Part shown: piece after piece, positions 37,154 through 46,142 of the stretch
Layout of the letters: every line of letters starts with the position of its first letter
Numbering within the stretch: the first letter of the stretch is position 1
Assembly (NCBI GenBank): GCA_016860985.1
Contig: BOKM01000001.1
Coordinates: 984,040 to 1,048,039 of the forward strand
Length of the DNA stretch: 64,000 nucleotides
Source: Patescibacteria group bacterium
GTDB lineage: Bacteria > Patescibacteriota > Dojkabacteria > GCA-002793355
Direction: 5' to 3'
Translations under genes and position numbers: made by a program
Notes under the pieces: model-generated
Database searches by the model: none
Told to the model about the DNA's origin: nothing
The model's input: only the letters and a program-made list of their open reading frames with translations

Positions 37154-38641
37154 CTATATCGCATTCTCGTTGTGGTATACGGCTGAATTGTCGATTCGAT
37201 GGGCTTGTATACCGTGCTTATTGTAGAACTTGATTGCTTCTTCGAGTTCAGGGTGATCCTTTGCATAATCTTCTAGTGATACTTGGCTCTTCCAGGCCTC
37301 GTATGCCTGAACAACTGCGGTTGCTCCTGCTTTTGTTCCTTGTGGATGTGAGTGCACACCTCCGCCCATTGTGGTAATAAAGTCAATGGTACCAATCGTA
37401 TCAAGGAATTTTGGTAAGAGTACTGGGTTTAATCCTCCAGAAATGATTGGTGCAGTTTTGCTGATGACACGCCAAGACATTTTTCTTTCGAGTGTCGTAT
37501 CGATACCTTTGGCTCTCGACATCGCAATTCCATGTGCTCCTGAGTTCCAGAGTTCTTCCTCTTTTTTAATTTCTGCAACTACATCCGAATCTGTTTCTGG
37601 AATTTCGCTCCAAACTTGATCGAAGTAGTGCCCATGTGACTTCAATTTGAGAATACCGTGTGCGGCTGTAATATCGTCGGTTGCGTCTCCAGCCATTTTG
37701 CCAATTCCCGCTGTCCCCGTATGAATACCCGATGCACCAGCAAGTCGTGCGAATTTAGAGAGCACCAAGACTGAGTAGCCAATTGGATTTTCGGCTCGTG
37801 TAAATGCTCCGTGACCTGCTCGATGATAGTGCAAGAATACATGTGGGAAGTGTCTTCTAATTGTTTGAACTGCTGTCCAGCCTGACGTAATACCGTCTAC
37901 AAGAAAAGCGTAGCTTCCGGGTTTCATAACATTAGAGATATACTCCGCTCTGCGAATCATTGTGTCAAAGTCTGCGGCAGATACGTTAAAAGAGTGAACT
38001 TTGGTGTGTCCGGTTGCATCTTCTGCTCTGTCCATTGCTTCTCGGACTGATACAACCATCTTTTCAAATGGAGAAAAAGTTTGGTCGGCTTGTGGTTCAT
38101 CATTCTTAACAAAATCTCCGCCACCAGCCCAGAAATCGTAACATACCTCGGCGTATTCTGTGGAGGTTAAGCCAATCTTTGGTTTTATAATTGTTCCAAG
38201 AACGGGGCGATCGTAATTCTTTAGGTAATCGCGCATATCGTCGAGGGTGACTGACGGACCATCGTATTGATCAAGCATTTGAGAGGGGAACCATACATCG
38301 AGCAGCTTACACTCCTTAAGTTCGGCCATTCCAAACACATTCCCTGCGATAAACGTAAGAATGTTTTGAACATTTCCACCTCTATCGAAGATAAGCCATG
38401 GGTAAGCAATATAAACGAGATTGTTATCGTGATCAACTTTATAGACACGTGCATCACATGTTTTTGAGTAGGACGTTAGTGTTCCGACTTTTAGGTTTGA
38501 ACCAGAGGAGGATTCAGCAGCAATCTCTGTCGCGACATCTTCGAGTGTGATATCGCCGTACGGAACGACTTTGAACACTGCGAGCATGTACTGTCCATTA
38601 AATACTTCTTCGTTTCCAAGATACAAATATTGTTCTTGCAT
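37154..38641 (-). CDS. rbcL: Ribulose-1,5-bisphosphate carboxylase/oxygenase large subunit, form II/III (archaeal-type)
   Basis: AVFKVVPYGDITLEDVATEIAAESSSG, IAYPWLIF...IAGNVFGM, KPKIG, GGGDFVKNDEP (KDDE Mg/carbamate site), HYHRAGHGAFTR, GTAGIGKMAG, GGGVHSHPQG. All align with form III RuBisCO. A roughly 45-aa insertion before the C-terminal GGL motif is as reported for CPR II/III enzymes. The start was set at MQEQYLYLG (ATG 38641). Confidence 0.9.
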   Translation of the reverse strand: MQEQYLYLGNEEVFNGQYMLAVFKVVPYGDITLEDVATEIAAESSSGSNLKVGTLTSYSKTCDARVYKVDHDNNLVYIAYPWLIFDRGGNVQNILTFIAGNVFGMAELKECKLLDVWFPSQMLDQYDGPSVTLDDMRDYLKNYDRPVLGTIIKPKIGLTSTEYAEVCYDFWAGGGDFVKNDEPQADQTFSPFEKMVVSVREAMDRAEDATGHTKVHSFNVSAADFDTMIRRAEYISNVMKPGSYAFLVDGITSGWTAVQTIRRHFPHVFLHYHRAGHGAFTRAENPIGYSVLVLSKFARLAGASGIHTGTAGIGKMAGDATDDITAAHGILKLKSHGHYFDQVWSEIPETDSDVVAEIKKEEELWNSGAHGIAMSRAKGIDTTLERKMSWRVISKTAPIISGGLNPVLLPKFLDTIGTIDFITTMGGGVHSHPQGTKAGATAVVQAYEAWKSQVSLEDYAKDHPELEEAIKFYNKHGIQAHRIDNSAVYHNENAI

Positions 38642-38822
38642 AGCGTGGGCAGTCAACTTATTCTCTCCATTGTAAGTGCAGAATGTGATTGAGTCAACTA
38701 AAATGCTATAACACACCCTACTATGGCACTAAACTTCACTAGATCAACACAAGCACACGAGAACCTGTTGTACTCAAAATACCTTATAACGAAGTAGCCG
38801 CCTTTATGACCAGGTAATGGAA

Positions 38823-40502
38823 TTAGCGATTTATTGACGATATTAGTTCATAATCTCCCTTGTCCATTTCCCATCCAACTGATTGCGTATTTTCACGTAC
38901 ATGGGTTCCGTTTGTGGATTTAATAAGTGCCAAGGTGCGGGGAAAATGTGTGACCCAGTTAATTGCAACTTGGGTCGGTGTCTTCTGATATTTTTTTGCG
39001 AGAATTTGTAGGACGCTCTCTTTATCAGAATTGAAGAAGGAATCAACCATCATCCCCCCTTTTCGTATGGTGAAATATGAAATTGTAGTCATATTTTTTT
39101 CTCGCATAAATTCGAGTGTTCCATCCTGCTCGTAATCTCGAATAAAAACTCCATATGGAATTTCATTAGAGTGTAGTGGATATTTAGTGAACTTTTGTGC
39201 TTCTATAAGATCTAACTTGGTATAATTGCTTACTCCGATATGCTTTATTTTTCCAGTTTTTACCAATCGCTCCATTTCTTGAAATACGTCGTGTGCTCTT
39301 AACTTTCCAAGTGTTTTTTTGCTGTGAATTTGAAATTGATCGATGTAATCAGTTTTCAAAATTGAAAGGTAACGATTGCATTGTTCTTCGATTTCAGAGA
39401 GTGAATGGAGCGGTTGATTATTGTTTGGCCGGGTGAGTTTTGCGTTGATGAACAAATCGGTTCTTGGAATGTTCGTTATGGCCTTAGATACAAGTTCAAC
39501 CGTATGACCACTTCCGTACATAAGGCACGTATCGATATAGTTACTTCCTGTTGAAAGTGAATGACGGAGTTGGTCGATGTCACTAATATCATCCATAAAG
39601 GAGTGTGGGCCATGCCAATGTCCACCAATCTCAGACGTTCCGATTCCAAGTAAAGGAAGTTCTACACCTGCGTTTGTAGTGAAAGTTGGGAGTGGACTTG
39701 TTTTGTATGAAATCACGCTTCGCTCGAAAATAAAATCAAAAAGTGATTTAAGAAAGTTCGCAACAATGTGATTTTTGATTGTTATGACGAGCATGTCATC
39801 TGGGTTCCCTTTTCTCTCAGTAAAAATAGCATAGTCATCAAATACAGAGAAGCTGACATCAGGCAGGATTTCTTGAGGGAATATCCGCGCTTCTTTCAGT
39901 TGTTCGGGGTCGGAGGTGTTGTAGTTTCGTTGCTTTGGGCCGAGTGCTGCAGTTGTCAGAAGCTTTGTGTGAACTTCTCTATCGACCAGGTCTTTGGTGA
40001 GTTGCTTCTGAAAATTCGCGTAGGAACCTCCTTCTGGATATTGTTCGTAGGCATAGATGCTGGCGTCGCTACTGACCTTTAAACGGAGGATTTTATCTTG
40101 ACAGGATCTCATTAAGCTCATTTTTCTATAATGGGCATGTATACCCTTCTCGAGCGTAATAGATGAGTCTGTTGGCTTATTCTGCGCTGTTTGTAAAAGC
40201 TCATGGACTACTCTTTCAAGTTGATATCCTTTTTCTTGGTATGAAACAAGTCTCGAGCGGTAAAGCTCTTTAAGCGCGTCCGGGTGGACTGCTTCGAAAT
40301 ACATTCTTGTCTTGACTTGCTTCTTTAGTACTAGGTGTAATTCCGTTAATTCTTCGAGAACTCGATACAGGGTAGCTCTGTTTATATTTAGTCTACGGTA
40401 CAATTGCCCTGCAGTGCCAGTACGTTCCAACAGTGAGGTATATACACGGATTTGGAAATCACTCAAATTGAGCGTGTCATTTAGAATTTGTTCTACGTTC
40501 AT
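38823..40502 (-). CDS. Fusion of an N-terminal TrmB-like winged-HTH and a C-terminal aldo/keto reductase
   Basis: N-terminus QIRVYTSLLERTGTAGQLYRRLNINRATLYRVLEELTELHLV (HTH). The C-terminal roughly 280 aa with IDTCLMYGSGHTVELV and HIGVSNY are AKR signatures. Confidence 0.65.
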   Translation of the reverse strand: MNVEQILNDTLNLSDFQIRVYTSLLERTGTAGQLYRRLNINRATLYRVLEELTELHLVLKKQVKTRMYFEAVHPDALKELYRSRLVSYQEKGYQLERVVHELLQTAQNKPTDSSITLEKGIHAHYRKMSLMRSCQDKILRLKVSSDASIYAYEQYPEGGSYANFQKQLTKDLVDREVHTKLLTTAALGPKQRNYNTSDPEQLKEARIFPQEILPDVSFSVFDDYAIFTERKGNPDDMLVITIKNHIVANFLKSLFDFIFERSVISYKTSPLPTFTTNAGVELPLLGIGTSEIGGHWHGPHSFMDDISDIDQLRHSLSTGSNYIDTCLMYGSGHTVELVSKAITNIPRTDLFINAKLTRPNNNQPLHSLSEIEEQCNRYLSILKTDYIDQFQIHSKKTLGKLRAHDVFQEMERLVKTGKIKHIGVSNYTKLDLIEAQKFTKYPLHSNEIPYGVFIRDYEQDGTLEFMREKNMTTISYFTIRKGGMMVDSFFNSDKESVLQILAKKYQKTPTQVAINWVTHFPRTLALIKSTNGTHVRENTQSVGWEMDKGDYELISSINR

Positions 40503-40569
40503 GATACATTGTATCCTAATGCAACGAACATTCCAATATAATTTGTCGTCTTACGGTAGGAAGACAATA

Positions 40570-41244
40570 CTAGCACGAGCAGGTGATTTTTGCCTTTTCG
40601 CCGTTGTCAAACATGACAATACTTCCAAACAATCGTTCTCGCCCGTCTTGAAGTAATATTCCTGCTCCATCGGAAAGTGCATATAAAACTTTGTTGTTTT
40701 GATAAGTATATTGACGTAATTCTTCATCTACAGCTGTTGAGTTGTCGTAATGAGGAAAGATTTCATATTTCACAAGTCCTAGTGCTTGCAAGTCGCGTAA
40801 ATCAACATCATTGATGTCTGGATCGGTAGAAGGGTAACCTGCGAGCTCTATTGATGGTGTTGTAAGCATTGCACCTGCACTGAAGCCAATAAGTAAACCT
40901 CCACGAGTTACAAAATCTTGAAGAAGTTTGATTCCACCGTTCACTTTTAAAGCATGAAGAAAGCGGTACGTGTTCCCTCCGGTTATAAAGAGAACCGAAG
41001 ATTCTTTGCATATTTTAATGTCTTGAGCACTTATGGGTTCATCTATAATTATTGGACTAAAAGGAATAGCGGTATAAGCATTACAGTAGTTCTCAATCCA
41101 ATCTTGTGCGTATGCAATTTTTGCTTTTGGAACAGTCAGGAAAGGAATAATCTTGGGGTTGCGCTCACGAATCATCGTAAAAACAGCTTGATTCATCATG
41201 TGATTTTGCTCGGGAGTGCCACCGCTATAGAGCGCGAGATTCAT
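40570..41244 (-). CDS. Peptidase S51 family (dipeptidase E/cyanophycinase-like)
   Basis: FITGGNTYRFLHAL and LLIGFSAGAM (Ser nucleophile context) are typical of S51. Confidence 0.65.
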   Translation of the reverse strand: MNLALYSGGTPEQNHMMNQAVFTMIRERNPKIIPFLTVPKAKIAYAQDWIENYCNAYTAIPFSPIIIDEPISAQDIKICKESSVLFITGGNTYRFLHALKVNGGIKLLQDFVTRGGLLIGFSAGAMLTTPSIELAGYPSTDPDINDVDLRDLQALGLVKYEIFPHYDNSTAVDEELRQYTYQNNKVLYALSDGAGILLQDGRERLFGSIVMFDNGEKAKITCSC

Positions 41245-41346
41245 ATTTAATTATAGCAAATAAAAGGTCTTTTAATCCCCCTCTTGCAATCACCCCAAAA
41301 CTTGCTCTATACTGTGACAGGTAATAATTTAATAAAAACCTGTCCC

Positions 41347-41808
41347 ATGCAAAAAAAGGCGACACTTAAGGGTTTTACCCTTATCGAAATTTTAGTCGTC
41401 GTCGGTTTGATTGCCATCCTCGCTGCAATCACAATCGTCGCGATCAACCCAGCAAAGAACTTTGCTGACACCCGAAACACGCAGCGAAGTGCTGATGTTC
41501 AACAGATCTTGAACGCAGTATGGCAATATGCATCAGAACAGGGCAATGCCTTAGCTGACTTTGGTACTATTCCTCTATGTACTGCAACTCCAGCACCAAT
41601 TAGTGCTGTAACCACTGGAACTCCTCCAGCAGGAACCATTAACCTTTACACTCTTTTGGTTGATACCTACATCGCAGATATTCCAAAAGATCCAAATGGT
41701 GGAACTGACGCAGATACAGGTTATACAATCTGCCAGACCTCAGGTGGACGTGTTCAAGTTGCTGCACCAGATGCAGAGAACGGCAAGTCAATCGTAGTTA
41801 AGAAATAG
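41347..41808 (+). CDS. Type IV pilin (major pilin candidate)
   Basis: Class III signal MQKKATLKGFTLIEILVVVGLIAILAAI (KGFTLIE cleavage/methylation motif). The start was set at ATG 41347. A strong terminator follows. Confidence 0.8.
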   Translation: MQKKATLKGFTLIEILVVVGLIAILAAITIVAINPAKNFADTRNTQRSADVQQILNAVWQYASEQGNALADFGTIPLCTATPAPISAVTTGTPPAGTINLYTLLVDTYIADIPKDPNGGTDADTGYTICQTSGGRVQVAAPDAENGKSIVVKK

Positions 41809-41833
41809 TCTTAACTGACAGGTTTGCGTAAAG

Positions 41834-41857
41834 GGGAGCTTGGGCTCCCCTTTTTTA
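41834..41857 (+). terminator. Rho-independent terminator
   Basis: GGGGAGC-TTG-GGCTCCCC hairpin followed by TTTTTT. Confidence 0.7.
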
Positions 41858-41928
41858 TGACGTTGTTAATGCGATTAAAATTACAGTAATCCTTCTTGAT
41901 GTGTGAGATTTGGTTTTAATTACTTACC

Positions 41929-43173
41929 CTACTCTCTAAAAGGAATATGCTTTGGAGTAATTCTATGCACGATCATCCCGAGAATTGCTGCTGAAATGCC
42001 AATGTAGGTAAAGAGTATTGGGGAGTTTAGGAGTGAAAGAAGAGTTCCTCCAATGATCGGTCCAATAATATAACCAAAATTTGTAGCCATGTCCCTCGTT
42101 CCGATGATTTCGTTATCATACGATTTCGATTCGTTCAGATAATCTGCATACGCACCACCGAGCGCCGCATATGCAATTGATATAAAGAATGCACTTATAA
42201 ACGAAACTATTATGTAGATTGGTACGGAAGTAACAAATCCTAAGACTGCGAGCACAAGGCTTCCTAGAATAAAGGCAAAGGTGCCAACTCTTTTCTTTCC
42301 GAACATGCGAGTTAATTTTGTGGTCATACCATAAGCAATAAACGAAGGAAGAAAGTTTACTGCAAGAATAACTCCACCAAGTTCTGACAATTGTGGAAGA
42401 ATAGTTTCAATAATTGGCGTGACCGTCCAAATTACGGCATCGATAGTTGATGCTGTAACTCCAAGTAATAAAAGTGGTGAAATCTTTTTTGCAACAAAAA
42501 TCAACTTAGCCATTGCACTAAGTTTTTCTAGATTAGAAGGTTTTTGCGTTGTACTCTCTCTCCTTTTGGCGCGTATTGCTGGCACGAGCATAATAAGGGC
42601 AAATCCTACAATACCAAGCAGTAAGTATCCAAGTTGAGAGTATGTCAGATGCCCGAATAATCTTTCCGCTGAGAGTGTTCCTACAATATAGCCGACATCA
42701 TGAAAAAACATCAAAATTGATACACTCGCAACATGAAAGATAACTTTGGACTCTCGTGCGGTAAAGTCTGCACTTGCAAACGCCCAAAGATTGTAATAAA
42801 GCCCCCATAATACCATACCAACAATGAAAGGAAGCACACCAGGTGCAAAGAACATACAAATAGGAAAGGCAGCAGCTACGAGGATGGTTGCAACAAAAAG
42901 TTTTTTATAATGAGTTGTACTCAGAAACCTTGTGAGTACAAAGTCAAATATAAGTCCGAATAAAGAGGAGGAGGCATATAGTAAACCCATGTTAAATTCC
43001 GACAGACCATATTCCGTCATGACAATAGGAACAAGGTACGACATTATCGAATCAAAAACTGATAACAAAAGTATCGCCAGTGCAACGTAAAAAACTAAGT
43101 GTATCCCAATATGATAGCCAGCTCTCAAAGAATCAAGTTTGTTTTTGAAGAAATTCATTTCATAAAATAGCAT
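41929..43173 (-). CDS. MFS transporter
   Basis: 12 predicted TM helices in two halves. Confidence 0.65.
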   Translation of the reverse strand: MLFYEMNFFKNKLDSLRAGYHIGIHLVFYVALAILLLSVFDSIMSYLVPIVMTEYGLSEFNMGLLYASSSLFGLIFDFVLTRFLSTTHYKKLFVATILVAAAFPICMFFAPGVLPFIVGMVLWGLYYNLWAFASADFTARESKVIFHVASVSILMFFHDVGYIVGTLSAERLFGHLTYSQLGYLLLGIVGFALIMLVPAIRAKRRESTTQKPSNLEKLSAMAKLIFVAKKISPLLLLGVTASTIDAVIWTVTPIIETILPQLSELGGVILAVNFLPSFIAYGMTTKLTRMFGKKRVGTFAFILGSLVLAVLGFVTSVPIYIIVSFISAFFISIAYAALGGAYADYLNESKSYDNEIIGTRDMATNFGYIIGPIIGGTLLSLLNSPILFTYIGISAAILGMIVHRITPKHIPFRE

Positions 43174-43234
43174 GTGTCCCGCACACTTTCCACCCTACTG
43201 CAAATTTCGGCTTCTCTTGCTATAATGAAAAAGA

Positions 43235-44530
43235 ATGAAACTGTCCCTTGATGCTAAAGCTCCGCCCGAAACTCCCAAAAAACCGGTGCAAACCGAAAAT
43301 GTAACGACTTCTGATGTTGGAAGTACCCCTTCATTATCAACACTTGATACTTCTGATATTGGCAAGTTGTTAGAAATCCTGATTGTAAAAGCATTCGAAG
43401 CAAAATCTTCTGATATTCATATTGAACCGACTGAAAAACGACTTGTCGTTCGTTATCGTGTAGACGGCATGCTCCGCGAGGCGTATTTCTTTGATAAGCT
43501 TATCGAAGAAGCTCTACTTTTCAAGATCAAAGTCGAAGCACAAATTAGAACGGACGAGCATTTTGCCCCACAAGACGGTAAAATTCGTTTTAATATTCAA
43601 GGTACGCCGGTGGACGCTCGTATTTCAATCGTTCCTACGACAAAAGGTGAAAAGGTGGTTATCCGTTTGCTTGCTCAGCAAGGTAAAGGACTTACACTGG
43701 AAGAGCTAGGTATTGTTGGGAGTGATTTAGAGAAGGTAAACAAGAGTTATACCAAACCATACGGAATGATTTTGGCTGTTGGCCCAACCGGGTCGGGAAA
43801 AACTACGACTCTTTATACCATTCTAAAGATCTTAAACCTTAGAGAGCGAAATATAACGACGATCGAAGATCCGGTTGAATATGATATTGACGGTGTTAAT
43901 CACATTCAGGTTAATGTAAAAGCAAACATGACCTTCGCGAGTGGTCTGCGTGCTATTTTGCGACAAGATCCAGATATTGTTATGGTTGGTGAAATTCGTG
44001 ATACAGAAACTGCGCGTATTGCAATCAATGCAGCAATGACTGGTCACCTTGTATTGTCTACTTTGCACACGAACGATTCAGTAACAACTATTCCACGTCT
44101 CGTTGATATGGGAATTGAGCAATACCTTGTTGCATCAACTGTCAATGTAATAATCGCTCAACGATTAACTCGACGTCTTTGCGAAAAATGTAAGCAACGG
44201 TATAAACTCTCCGCTGAGGAGCTTTCCCATGTAAAAAAAATCCGACCTGATATCGCAGGAGCCTTTAAGCCCGGAATGACACTTTATAAGAAGAATGGCT
44301 GCGACGTTTGTAGCGGAACTGGGTATAAAGGCCGAGTCGGTTTGTACGAAGTGCTCGAGCTCACAGAAAAATTACGACGAAATATTGCTGAAAAGGCAAC
44401 AGTAGATGAGATTTTCTCTTTGGCAAGAAAGCTCGGACTTACGTTGATTGTAGAAAGTGGTATTGAAAAGATTAAAACTGGATTAATCGACTTCGACGAA
44501 CTTATGCGAGTTACTACTATGCGCGAATAG
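43235..44530 (+). CDS. pilB: Type IV pilus assembly ATPase PilB/GspE family
   Basis: Walker A GPTGSGKTTTL, Asp box, His box, and tetracysteine CEKC...CDVC. Confidence 0.9.
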   Translation: MKLSLDAKAPPETPKKPVQTENVTTSDVGSTPSLSTLDTSDIGKLLEILIVKAFEAKSSDIHIEPTEKRLVVRYRVDGMLREAYFFDKLIEEALLFKIKVEAQIRTDEHFAPQDGKIRFNIQGTPVDARISIVPTTKGEKVVIRLLAQQGKGLTLEELGIVGSDLEKVNKSYTKPYGMILAVGPTGSGKTTTLYTILKILNLRERNITTIEDPVEYDIDGVNHIQVNVKANMTFASGLRAILRQDPDIVMVGEIRDTETARIAINAAMTGHLVLSTLHTNDSVTTIPRLVDMGIEQYLVASTVNVIIAQRLTRRLCEKCKQRYKLSAEELSHVKKIRPDIAGAFKPGMTLYKKNGCDVCSGTGYKGRVGLYEVLELTEKLRRNIAEKATVDEIFSLARKLGLTLIVESGIEKIKTGLIDFDELMRVTTMRE

Positions 44531-44574
44531 TCATTCACTTCCATTTTTGTGTGAGTTCAGGTACTATGTAGCGT

Positions 44575-45699
44575 ATGGCTGCCCCAAAGAAAAAAATAGC
44601 CAAAGTTGTGCACGAAGAAAACCCAATTTCTCGTCCTGAAGACTTCAAGTTAGGTCTTTTTGATAGGGTACCTGAGCTTAATATAGCGATGGCGATTCGC
44701 CATATGTCTGTAATGCTTCGGTCTGGAATCAGCTTGGCTAACACCGTCAATATCATGTCCGAGCAATCTGAGAACGCATTGTTGCGTAAGATTTTTGCTT
44801 CAATTTATAAAACCATTCAAAAGGGTGTTTCTCTTGCCGAATCCATGAAGCGTTATCCAAAGGTCTTTTCTTCTATTATTGTTTCCATTATTGAGGTCGG
44901 TGAACAAGGTGGTGGTTTAGATCAGAACTTACTGTTTTTGTCTGACTATCTAAAAAAGAAGCACGATTTGCAGAAAAAAATTAACGGTGCTCTTTTGTAC
45001 CCAATGATTGTGCTCTTTTTAACAGCAGTCGAAATGTCTGGAGTAATTTTCTTTGTATTGCCAAAGCTTGAAACTCTCTTTCTTACCTTTAAAAACATAC
45101 CAAAGTATACGGTTGTAATTATGCAGGCTACACGTTTTATTCGTCTTAATTGGTATTATTTGCTCGCTGGCGGGCTTGTGATTGCGTTACTACTCTACTT
45201 CTACTTTAAAACGCCCAAAGGGAAGGTTACCTTGAGTAAGATTTCGCTCTCTTTCCCAATATTAAACCAAGTGGTAAAGCTCCAAATTTTAACCTCTGTC
45301 GCAAGAACTATTGGTGTATTGATGTCAAACGGTATTCCTTTAGTAAGGGCAATTCGAATTACTGCAGAAACAACGTCAAACTCAGTATACAACAATATTT
45401 TGTCACAAGTCGCAACACAAGTGGAAAATGGTGTCTCGTTGGCAGCTGCGTTGGCTCTTCATAAAAAGTATTTTCCAGAAACCTTTATTAAGCTTATTGA
45501 ATTAGGAGAATCAAGCGGAACACTTGAAGAAAACCTACGGTATTTATATGGCTTCTACTCAGAAGATTTGCAAGAACTAACAAACAATATGGCCTCACTG
45601 ATTGAACCACTATTACTAATTCTTATTGGTGCGATGATTGGAATGCTTGCAATTATTATTGTTGGGCCAATTTACTCACTAACCTCTGCTATTAACTAA
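44575..45699 (+). CDS. pilC: Type IV pilus platform protein PilC/GspF family
   Basis: Duplicated GspF domains with TM segments. Adjacent to pilB. Confidence 0.85.
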   Translation: MAAPKKKIAKVVHEENPISRPEDFKLGLFDRVPELNIAMAIRHMSVMLRSGISLANTVNIMSEQSENALLRKIFASIYKTIQKGVSLAESMKRYPKVFSSIIVSIIEVGEQGGGLDQNLLFLSDYLKKKHDLQKKINGALLYPMIVLFLTAVEMSGVIFFVLPKLETLFLTFKNIPKYTVVIMQATRFIRLNWYYLLAGGLVIALLLYFYFKTPKGKVTLSKISLSFPILNQVVKLQILTSVARTIGVLMSNGIPLVRAIRITAETTSNSVYNNILSQVATQVENGVSLAAALALHKKYFPETFIKLIELGESSGTLEENLRYLYGFYSEDLQELTNNMASLIEPLLLILIGAMIGMLAIIIVGPIYSLTSAIN

Positions 45700-46142
45700 T
45701 GAAAGCAGCCAGTTTGCTCGAAGTTCTAATCGTAATTGCAATTTTCTCGATGCTTGTCGTGCTGACGTTTCCTTTCTCTCTTCGACTAGTAAATCAATCA
45801 AAGGCAGATGCTGAATCAAAGACTCTTGCCTATGCATTGTTTAGACAGCAGCAGGATGCTTATGCTGGGTTGGAAGGTAAAGCGTATGGTGTTGCTCTCT
45901 ATAACGATCGTTTTGTTGTTTATACCGGAACGAGTCTCGCAACCGCTGAGTCAAACGAAACATACTATTTTGCTTCGCCAATTCATTTGCAGGGTCTTTC
46001 ACTTTCAAGCGGAAACGAGGTCACATTTTCTAGTAATTCTTTTCGTCCAAATGCGTTTGGTCATTTTTTAATTTCAGATTCAAATAAAAGTTACCGTATC
46101 GATATAAACTCTGAGGGATTGATTTCCTACTACGGGCAATGA
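45699..46142 (+). CDS. Minor pilin/pseudopilin
   Basis: N-terminus MKAASLLEVLIVIAIFSMLVV is a prepilin-like hydrophobic segment with Glu at +5. Confidence 0.55.
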   Translation: MKAASLLEVLIVIAIFSMLVVLTFPFSLRLVNQSKADAESKTLAYALFRQQQDAYAGLEGKAYGVALYNDRFVVYTGTSLATAESNETYYFASPIHLQGLSLSSGNEVTFSSNSFRPNAFGHFLISDSNKSYRIDINSEGLISYYGQ

